DNA of 64,000 nucleotides from Eledone cirrhosa (lineage: Eukaryota), in NCBI GenBank assembly GCA_964016885.1, contig OZ024745.1, positions 54,870,001-54,934,000 of the forward strand, read 5' to 3'. This document shows positions 1 to 14,098 of this stretch, piece by piece. The notes under the pieces were generated by a model. The model was not told the DNA's origin, made no database searches, and worked only from the letters and a program-made list of their open reading frames with translations. Each line of letters begins with the position of its first letter. Position 1 is the first letter of the stretch. The translations under genes were made by a program, and so were the position numbers.

Positions 1-2850
1 TGTTGTTGACAATTGCCCTCGTCAGACGCTGCTTAACTAGTGTGCTAATCCGCTTACTGTAAGCTTTGTTTGTCGGTAAAGACAAGTTCAGCTTCCAGTA
101 ACCGGGTCCCTGTCTATGAGTTCTATCAAGGTTGACCACTCCGGTCAACAACTTGTGATCCGAATAGTCAACCATGAACATTCGTGGACAGCTTAATATG
201 TCCCTATCCTTATTTTTAACTAGGAACCTATCTAGGTACGACCTGGATGTTCCACTGCGATTACTCCACGTCCACCGTGGCACAGTCGGAAAATCCAGTC
301 GATATCTATCGGCCAGATCAAATCGGCCGATTAATCGTTTGAGGCTGTTACACCCCCCTCTATCGGGACATGCCCCTACATAGTCCCAACGTGCATCCAG
401 GATACCATTCCAGTCCCCCACTAAAAGCAAGGAGCGAGACGTTCCCAGGAAATTCTCCAGGCGTCGGAAGAAGTCTGGTCGTGGTGTCCCCGATGGGGCA
501 TACGCTGCCACAAGCCTGAAAGCTCCACCTTCACCTCTGCCGACGTCTAAAACCACCAGTCGACCCTCCGGGTCCAGGTGTACCTTCTGTGTGGCAAGAC
601 CCAGGTATTTTCGCAGCAGAACGACAACCCCACCCCCACCCCTCGGCTGACAGAGAGATGCGTAGATCTCAAAGTCGTCGAAGATGGGGGCCAGTTGGCG
701 CTCGCTGCTGATCCTGGACTCGCAAATAACCATTACATCCACTCTGTGCGACCTGAGGTCATTTAAGAGTTTGCCCTGTTTCCAGGACATCCCCAAGCCG
801 CGTGCATTCACACATCCAACTCTTATATTGGCCATGTTGGTGCTGAAGAGGTAAAAAGGAAGAGGAAAGGAAATTACTTACCTCTTCTTCTCCTGGGGGC
901 CAGGCTGCACAATTTCCATGGGGTGTTGGAAGGGTTGTTTGGTGGGGTGGTGGTTTGTAGTGGGGTGAGGACATCAGTGTGTGGTGGGATTAGGGTGTTT
1001 GGTGGGGTGTGGGTGTCTGTTGTGGGGGTGGGGAAACATCTCAATAGGACGCTGTTATGTGGTTTGGTGCAGTTGGTCCCCACATGCATTGGATGGTTCT
1101 TTTTCAAGGTTACATAGGTTTCCGTTGGGACCCTAATCATTATTAGGTGCGGTTTCTTCGCTGCGTAGGTGAAAGTGATCCCTTCGGTTTCCACCGAAGG
1201 GTTATTTTCTATCGCTTTCATCAGCGTTTTATTGTTCTTGTTAATGTATGTATAGAGTTTTTGTTGTGTTGTGTTTGTTTTTGTTTGTTGTTCTTGTGCG
1301 TGTTTGCGTTTTGTAGTACGTGTTATGTTTTGAGGAGGGTTGGGTTTTTTATTTATGATGTTTGTTCTGTTTGTGCTGGTGGCTGTGTGTTTGTGGCATT
1401 TTTGTTAATGTGGTGCCTTTTTTTTTTCCTTTTCACCTGTTGAAAGGGTTCTCCCTCGTCGTCACTGGGTGACGTTGATACGGAGTCCTCTTCCGTGTTG
1501 TTGGGCAGGGGTATATTTCGGGGTTTTGTTGTGGTTGCTTTTGTATTTGTTTTAGGTGGGGAGGGGTTGGGTGGAACAGTGTTTTGTGTTGTTATTTTTC
1601 CTTGTTGTTGTTGTTGTTGTTGTGGTGGTGGTGGTGGTGGTGGTTGTGTTGTGTTCGGGGTTGGCAGAAGAGCCTTTTTTTTTACTCGTTAATTGAGGAC
1701 AGGCATCCCTCAGGTGACCCCTGCTTAAGCAGTGTTAACATGATGGCCGCCTTCCCTCCACTGAATTGTTTATATAAGTTAGCCCGTCCAGAGGCACGCG
1801 TTGTGGGATATTCGCTATTCGTTCTGGGCTCATTTGCACCAGAACTTCTACGCTGGTCCCACCAAATACACCCCCGGAGGACTTTCCTATTGAAATTATC
1901 TTGTCTTCGTCAAAGTTAATTATTCCACATAGTATCCACCAAATATTTAGATTTGGTGTGATACTCATTATTTTTATTCTGTGTCCTTTTCCCCCTGTAT
2001 GTGGGGTAAAAGGTGAAGCGGGGGGACACAATGGGTGCTACCGAGTACTTTTGAGCTGTTGACTGGTTGTTCATTAGCACCGAAATGCTAGCAAACAGTT
2101 TACCTTTTTATATGAAGGTTAAGTCCTTCATTGCATCTTTTAGAACCACCTCAATTACATTTTGTTATAATTGAGCTGGTGTTCTTGTTTCGTTCGATAT
2201 TGTCCTGAAAACCACAGTTTTCAGGACAGCCTCTCTACGTAATTCCTGTGGAGAATTGATGCTAAAAGCACCGTTTTCGCCAAAAGTCACGAATTGTTTT
2301 GCGTCTTGTAATAGTTGTTTAGCATTTGTTATGTCTATTGGCGTGTATAGTTCGTTTTTTTTTACGGTCTGTGCGAATGTTGTTTTGGTGTTGTTGTCTT
2401 TTTTGTTACTGTCACTGTTGGTAATATTGGTGTTGCTATTGTTGCAGTTGTTGGTTGTGGTGTTATTGTCATTGTTCTTGTTGTTGGTGCTGGTATTATT
2501 TACCGGGTTTTGTTTCGTGGTTTCGATATTTTTCACGTTTTTCGATGATGCGAGGGGGGAAGGCTGCTAAGCTTTGTACTCCTACCTTCCCTCCACCACT
2601 TTTCTTAGTGGGCGTGGCACTCACGACAGTGTGCGAGGTGGAAATGGCATCCATTGCCACCAAGTCTACAGTTTTTAGATGAAAATTGAAAATTTTGCCC
2701 CAGAAAGGGGCGAAAATTAGTTGACTCAACGGCTACGGCTAAGGCAAGGGGTTAAACTAAACAATGTTATTAAATTGAGCAATAAACTCACAGTTTTTTT
2801 GACAACAATCCGTAAAAATCCGGAGCAAAGTAAATCACGTCTATATCAAG
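1..2850 (-). mobile_element. Tx1/L1-clade non-LTR retrotransposon, 5' part (5'UTR, decayed ORF1, ORF2 APE endonuclease N-terminus); runs off window
   Basis: Minus strand from ATG at 835 reads MANIRVGCVNARGLG (APE start motif), followed by GRLVVLDV, VAAYAP, GDWN and RYLDR endonuclease motifs with frameshifts. ORF1 has N/T-rich low complexity (2165-2536). Layout parallels the element at 16-21.8 kb. Confidence 0.85.
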
Positions 2851-3594
2851 TGTTAATTGATATAGAGAGGTGGATTTGGAGCGTATGTTGTATTGTTGAT
2901 GTAGTGAGTGGGAGAGTTTGGTGGTAATTGGTATAGATTGGGTGAATGTGAGAAATGTCCGTGTAGTAGATGAAGAGGAGGGAGAGTTTGGTGCTAATTG
3001 ATGAAGAGAGGGGGTTTGGAAAACAGTTTTGTGTTGTAGATATAGAGAGGGGAGAGCTTGGTGTTCGTTGATATAGAGAGGGGGATTGTAGTGGATATAA
3101 ATATGTAGAGAGTTTGGTGTTAATTGATATAGAGAGAGGGAGTGGGAGAGTATAATGTATTGTTGATACAGAGAAGGAGAGAGTTTGGTGTTGCTTGATG
3201 TAGAGAGGGGAATTGGCAGAGAGTTCCGTGTAGTACATATAGAGAGGGGGAAATTTCGATGTTAATTGATATAGAGAGGAGTAATAGAGTAGTGTTCCGT
3301 GTAGTAGATATAGAGAGTGATAATGGGAGAGCGCCGTCTAGTAGATATAGAGAGGGTGAGATTTTTTTTTGGGGGGGGGGGGGTGATTGATATAGAGAAT
3401 GGGATTGGGAGAGATAAGTGTAGATATTTATAGGGAGTGAGAAAGTGCATTAGTCTTCGATATAGAAAGTGGGATAATGGAGGCGGTGTCGTGGTAGATA
3501 TATAGAGGGGTTGAGGTTGATATTAGTAGATACAGAGAGAGTATTAAAAGAGAGTTTTGTGTGATAGACATAGGGAGAAGGAGAGTTTGGTGGC
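2850..3594. repeat. Degenerate GA-rich short-period repeat (gatatagagaggggag...tttggtg type)
   Basis: Recurrent tagatatagagagg and gagagtttggtg motifs. The reverse complement of the same repeat occurs at 28800-30420. Confidence 0.75.
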
Positions 3595-3922
3595 ACTCTC
3601 GGGTCCAAAATAATAGGAGGGTTTTAATAATGGGTTGGAGTGTTTGTTGGGTAATCAGTAATTGTATAGTTTACGTTTGTAAATATGGGTTTTTTCTAAT
3701 GTTCTTCTTTTCTCATATATAATGTTTTTTTAATGTAAAAAAAAAAAATGATAATATTACATTCTCCAGCTTCTGTAGCAATATGGCTCTCAATAATATT
3801 TCGCCGTGGATAGATTAGCAAAATTTAATAAGTGCTTGTGGGGGTGAGGGTGGAAAAACTGATGGGGAGAATCTGACAAATAAATAAGCTGGGTGGGGCC
3901 GATTATTCAAGACCTGAGAGTA
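3595..3922. mobile_element. MITE-like element with terminal inverted repeats
   Basis: Ends cactctcgggtccaaaataat ... attattcaagacctgagagta are imperfect inverted repeats. Related copies at 28550-28800 and partially at 7590-7660. Confidence 0.55.
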
Positions 3923-4120
3923 CGTGAATTATTGACGGACGTAAGAATGATAACTCCATACTGAAGTAGAGATTAAATATTCATTTATTATGGCTAAGCC
4001 TTGTTACTCTGGAGTCTCATCTGCGTGCTAACCAGATAAGACTAGTGATCCTGTCAGTGCGCAGGTGAAAGTTTAGAGCAACAAAGCTCACCAATAGCCA
4101 TAATAAATGAATGTATACAA

Positions 4121-4153
<33 letters not shown>

Positions 4154-4172
4154 TATATGATAACGTGATATA

Positions 4173-4256
<84 letters not shown>

Positions 4257-4315
4257 CGTTATCATATATGTATATACATATATATATATATTTGTATAGA
4301 TTCATTTGTTCGATC

Positions 4316-4846
4316 ATTATACCAAAAGCTTATAATTTTAAGCAGACAGTATTATTGATTTAGGTGTCTTAGAAACCCTGCATTGAGATTTTAAGATCAA
4401 TTGCAATGTGTATATATATATAATTTTATCATTTATTTTGTTTGATCTGTTTAGCTTAACTTTTTGGGGGGCTTAGGTGGTTAATGCCTTCTTGACCAGT
4501 TTTTCAGTTTGTATGGCGGTTTAACATATATGTTTTAAAACTACTCGGTTGATTGCTTATTCGATTTGTGCTATTCATGCACTTGTTTGCATGATTTACA
4601 CATACTGAATTTTTTTGCCAAAATCTGGGGTTTTTTCCCATTGTGTGTTGCGCATGTGCTTTTACAAATCTCTGCGTCATTCACAAAGTTGTCGCAGAGC
4701 AAAATGCCTGTTGATAACGTGATATTCCTTGTTTGACCATTATACCAAAAGCTTATAGTTTTAAGCAGACAGTATTATTGATTTAGGTGTCATAGAAACC
4801 CTACTTTTGGATTTTACCATCAATCCCAATGGGTCCAGGTCGGTTA

Positions 4847-4892
<46 letters not shown>

Positions 4893-5000
4893 TATCATTT
4901 ATTTTGTTTGACCTGTTTAGTTTGAATTGTTTTTTGGCTTAGGTGGTTAATGCCTTCTTGACCAGTTTTTTAGTTTGTATGGCGTTTTAACATATATGTT
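4316..5000. repeat. Partial tandem duplication, period ~423 bp
   Basis: cattataccaaaagcttata...ttaacatatatgttt occurs at ~4316-4535 and again at ~4739-5000; bounded by (TA)n. Confidence 0.85.
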
Positions 5001-5094
5001 TAGCTCTGGTTTTTTAACTATGGAGCGCTTGCCAGCATAACTCTGATTTTGCGTTTCGTTTCGCTTTTTCTACCAGCCGAAATGCGATTCTTGC

Positions 5095-5138
<44 letters not shown>

Positions 5139-5145
5139 GCAGGAA

Positions 5146-5233
5146 AATGCTTCTCTGATGATCGTTGCTTTTCCATTAATATCCTCGTGATATTTAATGT
5201 TTTGCACCGTGAAACTGTACAGTTAGGGCCATT
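5146..5233 (+). ncRNA. Minimal type I hammerhead ribozyme
   Basis: aatgcttct CTGATGA (5155) tcgttgc...gcaccgt GAAA (5211) ctgtacag TT agggccatt. Stem I pairs 8/9 with G-U, stem III is palindromic, site GUU. Confidence 0.7.
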
Positions 5234-5675
5234 GGAATAGGTAAATATTTATATTATATTTTTTAATCTTGATTAATTTTAATTGTATATTAATTTTGAT
5301 TTATTTTGAAAAATTGGTTGAATTTTACTTGTTCTGCTTATCTCAATATTAAGTTCTGGTATATTAAATTATTACCATAGAACCACCTTAAATCATAGAC
5401 ACACTATATATTTCCGGGGGTACATTGTACCCTCAGATATATATTAACCTTATTCAATAATCTCCAGTATGTAGAGATAAACATTTTTGTCGTTCTATTT
5501 GGTTGCTAAAAATCCTTTTTTTTAGTGGCTAGTATAGACGGCGAGTCTACGATTTCCCGCCTTCACTATACACCAATGTATTTACGGGTCACTTTCACGA
5601 CCTTTTAGACCTGTATTAGTTGGAGTGAGGTCATATATTTTGTCGTTCCTGGGGTTTTTAACCCTAGGACAGGAA

Positions 5676-5763
5676 AATGCTTCTCTGATGATCGTTGCTT
5701 TTCCATTAATATCCTCGTGATATTTAATGTTTTGCACCGTGAAACTGTACAGTTAGGGCCATT
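5676..5763 (+). ncRNA. Minimal type I hammerhead ribozyme (second copy)
   Basis: Same sequence as 5146-5233, 530 bp downstream. Confidence 0.7.
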
Positions 5764-5873
5764 GGAATAGGTAAATATTTATATTATATTTTTTAATTTT
5801 GATTAATTTTAATTGTATATTAATTTTGATTTATTTTGAAAAATTGGTTGAATTTTACTTGTTCTGCTTATCT

Positions 5874-5984
<111 letters not shown>

Positions 5985-6098
5985 GAAGAGATGAATCAAT
6001 TGGTTATAATACCGGTTTCTTACCAGATGCGGAGAAGCGCGATATATTAACCCCTTTGGAAAGGGCACAGAGCAAAATCTTTTAAAATTATATATATA

Positions 6099-6366
6099 CA
6101 GTGGCGGTGGAACTTGGGACCCATGCCTTCTCCAGTAATTATATTTTCTCTTTATCTACCAAGACGCACATATATTTGGATACGCACTATAATTTATGTA
6201 CATATGTATTTGGATATGCGCCTCAATTTATGTATATATGTACATATGTTTATTGCATATCGAAGTTTTCTGGCCTTTTTAGAGTGCAAATACCTAAACT
6301 AATCACTACAATTAAATTGTCCAATTGCGTCCCCGCCCCTCCAATTAAGAAATGCTTCCACCACCC

Positions 6367-6369
<3 letters not shown>
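6099..6369. mobile_element. MITE (non-autonomous DNA transposon) in a TA tract
   Basis: Termini CAGTGGCGGTGGAA / TTCCACCACCCCTG, a 12/14 inverted match. Confidence 0.6.
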
Positions 6370-6428
<59 letters not shown>

Positions 6429-6564
6429 TATATATACGATATTAACAAATGGAAACTATATTTATAAAACCATATTTATTTCATTTATTTCGGGAGCTTC
6501 CAACAGTAATGGTTGCATTCTTTAAGGGTATGTCAATATTTATTTATAAAACTGCTCTATATTA

Positions 6565-6629
6565 TATTTTATCTGATTAAAGCACACCCTAATTTAATTT
6601 GGTGTCCTTGAAATATGTATAATGAAATA
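6565..6629 (+). ncRNA. Degenerate minimal hammerhead ribozyme
   Basis: tattttat CTGATTA aagcacacc...ggtgtcctt GAAA tatgta TA atgaaata. Stems I and II pair; one core base is mutated (CTGATTA). Confidence 0.5.
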
Positions 6630-6756
6630 AATATGGTTTTATAAATATAGTTTCCATTTGTTAATATCGTATTTTTACTCCAATTATTTGTTGAGTGCTT
6701 TATATCAGTTATAAAAATATTTGCTTGCTGTATCGCAACAATTTAAATAGAACTTT

Positions 6757-6791
<35 letters not shown>

Positions 6792-6795
6792 TTCA

Positions 6796-6827
<32 letters not shown>

Positions 6828-6857
6828 GCTTCAATATATATATATATATATATATAT

Positions 6858-6938
<81 letters not shown>

Positions 6939-7735
6939 TTCAATATATATATATTGAATATATATATATATGCTTCAATCATACATTTCCATTCGCGAAA
7001 TATTACGGAAAAGTCCCTTCAGAAACGTCCAAAGGATTTTAACAGCATATCACTTTTTTAATTGATAATTTATACAATAGATTTCAATGATGTATCATTA
7101 AAGATAACTAGCGTTGCGAATAATTATGCGTCAACATCTATATTTATCGAGAAACAATAAACTATATAAGACTACTTAGAAATATTTACATATCAGTTTA
7201 GCAAATATTTTACTATGAGATTAGTTTAAAAAAAACTCTTATTAACAGACTGAATGTCTGATGTACGTAAATTCTGAATAAATCATTTATGACGAAAGCC
7301 GAACTACGGCCATATAGCAAAAAAATATAAATGGATGTATCACACGAAAATAATTTAATTCAACAAAAGTTTAACAAATACGATTGAATTATAACTATAT
7401 TCTTAAAGGTAGTAACTGGTCATATACTCTATAATAATATCATCATTTCTTACCTTTTATTTTCTTCCTGTTCTTTGTGCTAGTTAATTACTTAAATCAA
7501 TTAAAAAATAACTTTCCTTCCACTAATTGACTGGCCTTTTACCTTAAATTTTAATTATTTTAAATGTAAAATTATGGATATTTACTATAGAATTACTAAT
7601 TACTCAAGGAACAACCCAACCCATTATTAATACCCTCCTATTATTTGGGACCCGAGAGTGCCACCAAACTCTCCTCCTCTCTATGTCTATCACACCGAGG
7701 AAAAGTACTTGCGGTATTTAGTCATATACAGAGAA

Positions 7736-7831
<96 letters not shown>

Positions 7832-7930
7832 GTATCGAAGGAAAATACAAACCTTATTGGCATATTACGGATGTTTCTATACTGATCTGCTTACGGTTCA
7901 ATCCATCAATCAATATATATATACTCATAA

Positions 7931-8002
<72 letters not shown>

Positions 8003-8334
8003 TTATATATGCAGTTTTATGTGTGAAAATTGACAAAAAGAGTCCTCAATCAAGGATGAGAGCTGATATATTGAACATATCATTAAAATATCGAGAAATT
8101 TAGCATATCACAAGGTTGGTCGGCTCAGAAGAATAATTATTTGAGTTCAAAGAACGAAATGTTTAGAGGTTGCCACCTTCTAAAAGCCTAACTACTTCTT
8201 AACTGAAAATAATCAACACATTTAACTGATTTTCAACTCGATTTATATACTTCCTTAATATCTTTTCATTTTACTCATTTACATAATACAGTAAAACTTC
8301 TATACTTCCCAACTCGATGCCTTAATATATATTT

Positions 8335-9832
8335 CCATCTCCACGTGGAGGGGCAAATCGATGCCATCCGATTACGTCGTCGGACGCTGGACGGAGGGCC
8401 CGGTGAAGTTGCTCGGGGTCTGGTTCGGACCAGACCTCCTGGTGGAGAAGAACTGGGGTGAGGTAACGAACAGGGTGTTTGCACTAACCCAGAAGTGGGC
8501 CGAGTGCAAACTATCCCTGAAAGGTCGGGCGGAAGTGGCGAACACTTATATAGCGTCCGTCGTCATCTACTACCGCCTGACCATCATGCCTTGCCCAAGG
8601 GAAACGTTCACCAAAATGGAGCGCGCACTCTTCCAAATCCTTTGGAAGAAGCGGGTCCCTTTGGTGAGGAGATCCATCTGCTGTCAACACCCTTCGAAAG
8701 GAGGGCTGGGGATGCCGTGGCTGCTGATGCATAAACACGCATTAAGGCTACGGCACCTCCAGGTATTCCTCACCGATCAACCGGTGTGGGCCTCGTTTGT
8801 GAGATGAACCTTTCCGAGACTCGTCTTACTCACCGAGATGCAATCCTGGGTCAAGCAAAGACCGAACAAACTGGGCGCCTGGCACACCGAGTGTAACCAG
8901 GCGCTCACAGCTCTCTGGCAGGCGGACCTGGCTATCAGTGGATACTCCACCTCGACATTCTATAGAGGGCTGGTACGCAGCAGGTGCGACGAGGCCCTCG
9001 GAGAAGCCCTAGGCATGGAGGAAGACGAACTGGCCAGCCTGTTCGGTAGGACATTTATCCCGGGACCCATGGACAACTTACAGAGGGCCCTGGCCTGGTA
9101 GTGATACCGAGGGGTTCTGCCCGTTCGAGATAAGCTCTACAGACACGGGCGCCCGGGTAGGGACCCCTCGAAAAAGATCTGTCCCAGATGCGTACGCAAC
9201 TAGGAAACCGTCGCGCATGCATTGGTACACTGCCCGGGCGTCGCCGATTTGTGGGGCAATGTCGAACGACTGCTGTCACGGGTGGGACCAATCCGGTTGA
9301 CCACCGAGTCCATTATAACGATCAAGCCGCCTCCCCCCCCTTCAAAAATTAAGGAGAGGCTGTGTTTCTGTGCGTAATAGCCATGATGAAAGAGATTGTA
9401 TGGTGGACGCGTTAGAAAGGACTGAGGTCAGACACCTTTCTCTCCGGCCAACAACTGGTGCTTTTCTTCCGATATCATTTCGGAAGAAGGATCAGGATGG
9501 AGAGAGAGGTGGTCCACCCAAACCAGTTTTATGAAAGGTGGGTGAAAGTGGCGAGAATGGCCCGTGTGAATGGCCCTTCTCTCTATATCAGCCTGTAGGT
9601 GAAAAAGATGGAAGAACAAGGGAGCACCCTCTCTCTGTGCTCCTGAAGAGAAGGGTTTCACACTTTTTCAGGGGGGTGTGTGACCCCCTAAAAACGCCTC
9701 CACCCTATTGAGGAATTTATTGTTAATTTTATATTTGTTATTTGCTATTTTTTTACTCGTTCTTTTGTGTAAACTCCTCCCTTTGTATTTGTCCCCTTCT
9801 TTTGCGCCCTCATGGCAATAAATAGAAACATA
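8335..9832 (+). mobile_element. 5'-truncated Tx1-clade LINE (ORF2 C-terminal half, zinc-finger region, 3'UTR)
   Basis: ORF 8361-8807 (VKLLGVWFG...LSLKGRAEV...KGGLGMP) and CPRC...ETVAHALVHC motif, with stops and frameshifts. aataaa near 9817. Confidence 0.9.
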
Positions 9833-10254
9833 TATTACATGCCACGATATAATAGCATACATCCGCTATAATTCATGCATAGTAACACGCGTTTACCTCC
9901 TTTGCTATTTCAAATTTATATCTTTGACTTATTTCCCTTTATTTTGCTACGTTTTCGTAAACAACTGTTTTAACGCGTTATACGGTTTGTCAAAACTCGC
10001 CTAAGCGCCTAAAGATTAGATCACAAAGTCGAACCCCTTTAGAAGATGGAGTTAGGTTTAATATTGAGAAGTAAAAACATAGGTAGCGCATTTTTCCAAT
10101 GTATGAACATAAATAAATTATTTAATGTATATATATATACGCATATATAAATATGTTTTTATATATATTTACATCCCCCAGCTTGATGTCAGCCGGATGG
10201 CTTGAACAAGTAAAATACTAAACTATTATACATGTATGTATATATGTATGTATG

Positions 10255-11032
10255 CATGTCGGGTCGTCGGCGACTAAACTGGCAACCCCACCAAGTTTAC
10301 TTGGTGAGGACGGCGATTTTGGACACCCTGCAGGACAAAAAACAAAACCTAACAAAGGGCGGAAGAACTCATAAGAGTCAACGGCCCTCCAAAAAAGTGT
10401 AAATATGTATATACACATATACATATGTATGTGTATGTATATGCGCGGGGACATAGAATTAGTCGGGCTGGATACGCGATCGCGCGGTTAAACCACTGGG
10501 AGTGAAGGACCCCTAACCTTTGTCAGGGCATTCTTCTAGGAGAAGGCAACTCAGGAAACTGGGATAACTCCGACATAAAACCTGCGGCTCAGTAGTTACC
10601 GATGGTGTTGATCTTTTCTTCTTTTCCGGTTAGAGCTACTCTCGCTCAGAGAGTGAGTTTGGTTTAGTGCACAGTCTTTCTTCAATTTAAAAAAAAATCA
10701 CGATGGAATTAATAATTACTAATAATGGTATATCGTGCAATGGCCATGCTCGATAAAGAGGGGGCAGCCATCATGTATGTATGTGCTATGTCGGGTCACT
10801 CTTGAGTTATACTGGTAACATGTAACCCAGTACAACCTGTCGCTTGGTCGTCGGCGACTAAATCGGCAACCCCACCAAGTTTACTTGGTGAGGAGGGTGA
10901 TTTTGGACATCCTGCAGGACAAAAAACAAAACATGACAAAGGGCTGAAGAACTCATAAGAGCCAATGGCCATCCAAAAGTGTGTGAATATGTATATACAC
11001 ATGTACATATGTTTGTATATGCGCGGGGACAT
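10255..11032. repeat. Interspersed repeat with ~200 bp direct duplication (period ~590 bp)
   Basis: ggtcgtcggcgactaaa...atgcgcggggacat at ~10262-10455 and ~10846-11032. The spacer has ctaggagaaggcaactc, reminiscent of non-LTR 5'UTRs. Confidence 0.7.
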
Positions 11033-11887
11033 TTTTGGTACGACCTCATAAGATAAAATATAAAAGTTCTTTTACAGATAGTGACGTATTAAAAACGATA
11101 AGTTCTTCTTTTGAATAAGTTATTGAATGACAGCGTACCAGAAATGTTGGTACCGTTGAAATATATGAAGTAAAATAAAAATGGTTTTATAAAGATAGTT
11201 TCCATTTATTAATATTATTGATATATGTATATATATATATATATTTATTAAAATAACAGATGAAAGTTTAAACAAAGAATCGCCGCTTTCACCCTTAACG
11301 GGATCTTCTGAAACTCTGAGTGCGTGCGTGCGTGGGTGTGTGAACAAAAACAACCAAGCATTTCGTCGTGTTATAAAGATCTGGATAACCATCCAGTCTA
11401 GAGTGTTTCTTTATTTTGTTAACCACGGAAGGAGTAAAAGTAAAGTTCAATTCGGCTCGGTTTGAACTTGAAATGCTATGCACCGTTACAAGTAGTGCTA
11501 GATCATTTAATCAACGCTTTAATGATTTTGTCGCTTTACTGCATACTGTGATATACCAATTGCATATTCGTTTCTTTGTAGTAAGCACATTAATTTCAAA
11601 GTAGGTAACAAGAAATGATATAGTTACATGTTCACGTATTTGACAGTGTTTTTGCAGCGTGTATGAAATATATTTCTAGTAATTGAGAATAGAATCTGAC
11701 TGGTTGTGAGCCTATCCATTACATCATGCTTGCTGCCGAAACCTCTATTATCTATTGAGATGTTATAAATTCTATTTTATAATAATTGCATTTTCTGCAT
11801 TCAACATATTTTGCAAAAGTCCCTATACATGCATCTAAGTTGCTTAACATGTTAGCGTACATTTAATTTAATGATATAGAGGGTTAA

Positions 11888-14098
11888 CTAAAAGTGATGT
11901 TATGTAATGAATGCAATTTTAATGAAATGGAATATTCGTGTTTCGTCCCGGAAACATCTGGATGGGCCATTTCAGCAAAAAGAAGTAACGGAAACTAAAT
12001 GGAAGAGAGTATTAGGGAAAGCTAGTATTGCATGAAATCTAAGCTCTCTTACGATAGCATCAATGACATTCAGAAATAAGAACACTATGAGATATATTTT
12101 GATCCTTTCGCAGGATATAGAAGCTTTCATTGGCAGCAATGTCATTGCGAAATTTAAACTTTGAAAAGGACAAAAGGTTATATCATTCACGTACTTTAGA
12201 ATTCTTTATGTTCAGTCTACACACAACTGTATGTAGTAAACAGTGCTTCAAAATATATATCCTCTATTGGTCTGCCATAAATTTACACCAAATAATTTAA
12301 ACCTTGAATACTGGAAATGAGTTGAGTTTAGCAATCCCACGAAACGTTCGTTGAATTGACATTGGGTCCTTTGTATAGAACAACGAATATATATTAGTGC
12401 CTGGCTGTTATCAGGAGATAGGTAGTCCTAGTCGTTTGCATAGCCGCTGTACAGTGTCGAGTACATGGCATTACACCTGCTGGTGCAACGTGTAGCCCAG
12501 AGTTTGCAACACTAATAAGGTATGCTCTTAAACACATTTTGTTTGAACAATCAAACTATCACCACGTGATAAAAAAAAATAATAATCAGCATCAATTAAT
12601 CTCTAGGTTTACCGGAAGTATTAATACATTTGAACGGATCACTTATTTGCAAAATTCATTGTGCGTCAGCGCTATACGCAGTATTTTTTCGATGTTGAAA
12701 ACCAGCAATTGAGAAAACAATGCTAATTAGACTAAAGGTATTCGCATAGGAATTGTATGAATTGCCCACGAAATGTATTTCCACATCATGCCAAGAAAAA
12801 TGAAAATATTAAATTTGAATTTAGGATCAAAGCTATGTATTAAAACAACAATTCATATTACATATATTTTACATCTAAGTGATATTGATTATCATTTCAT
12901 CACCCGTGAAGAAATTAAAGTAGCGAATATTCTTAGCTTTCATTTTAGTTCGATAATAGGTTTTCGAATAAATATACAATGAATGCGTTTGAGTATATAC
13001 TTAATAGCATTGAATTTAGATATTACTTACAATGTCAATTAGACGCTTAGCTATCAAGTAATTTGAAGGAATCAAACTCAGACTTGACCTCGATGGAATT
13101 TGAATTCAGATCAATGGAACATCTTATGGTATATTTTATTTTGTTTTATCCTTTATTTCATTTCTCACTCTCACTCCCACCCCTCTCTCTGTCCATCCAA
13201 CATTATAGAAATCTCTAACCTAATATAATATATTTATATATACTCTATTTTATCACATTCTATTGAAATATAGCAAGTTTTGAATTCAAAACAGGAAATT
13301 CTATTCTATTATTTCCGGCACAAAGGCTTATGGATGAGAGAGTAAGTGACATGTATCCAGAGACTGTAGGATTAGAAGTAAAATTCTGGAAGATATATTT
13401 ATTGCTTAGCATTTACACATCATTAGGTGAAACCTGATAGACGGCAAGAAATAAATTCCTGTGCCAACTGGGATAAAAGTGGATTTCATTCCTCTTCAAA
13501 AGCACGCCTTAGAATCGGGTCTATAATAATATGTTTCTCACAAGAGAAATTAAAGTGACAGCAGAAAACAGAAATGATTAGATAGGAAGCCCATATGTTT
13601 GAAAAGAGATAGAGTTTGACTATCTTTAGGCTGAAGGGGAAGTTAAAAATATAATGAAACGTAAGTTGACAGATTCTACGCCTTTATCTATTTGAAGAAT
13701 ATATTAGAGTTACCAGAGAGCATTCTGATCAATTTTTGCCTTCTATCTTAAATATATCGAGGCTGACCTTAAGTGAATTAATGCCATGATCGTCAGATTT
13801 GTGTCCAAATAATGTATCCCCAATTGAGAAATGAAATGCCAAATTGTCGAGACCAGACAATGTTAACATTATCTCGATGTGTGACTGTATTCCATTTTTG
13901 ATCGACTTCCAAATAAATATCTGTGTCAAGAATATCATGAACCGAACAGCGACTGTCCTCTCAAGCAGAATGTGTACAATATTTGAAAATCTGTTATTAG
14001 ATGCTCAGCGCATAGATAATGGCAATTTGAACATTTATATTGGCATCAAAACAGAATTTTTGGATAGCGTTTGTAATCCAATAGTTCATTCTGTTTGA
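11888..14098 (+). pseudogene. Possible decayed multi-Tudor-domain gene
   Basis: Frameshifted or stopped fragments resemble extended Tudor repeats: AISAKRSNG/KWKRV; YWK*V...VR*IDIGS...AAVQCRVHGITPAGATCSPEFATLIR followed by GT at 12520; RIRSKILE...LIDG...IPLQKHALE; FLIDFQ...LSSQAECV. Recognised by eye only. Confidence 0.3.

Noticed and set aside
7830-7915. Minus-strand hammerhead remnant (ttgatgg...GAAAcatccgTA)
   Set aside because: Core and stems are too degenerate to distinguish from chance in AT-rich DNA.
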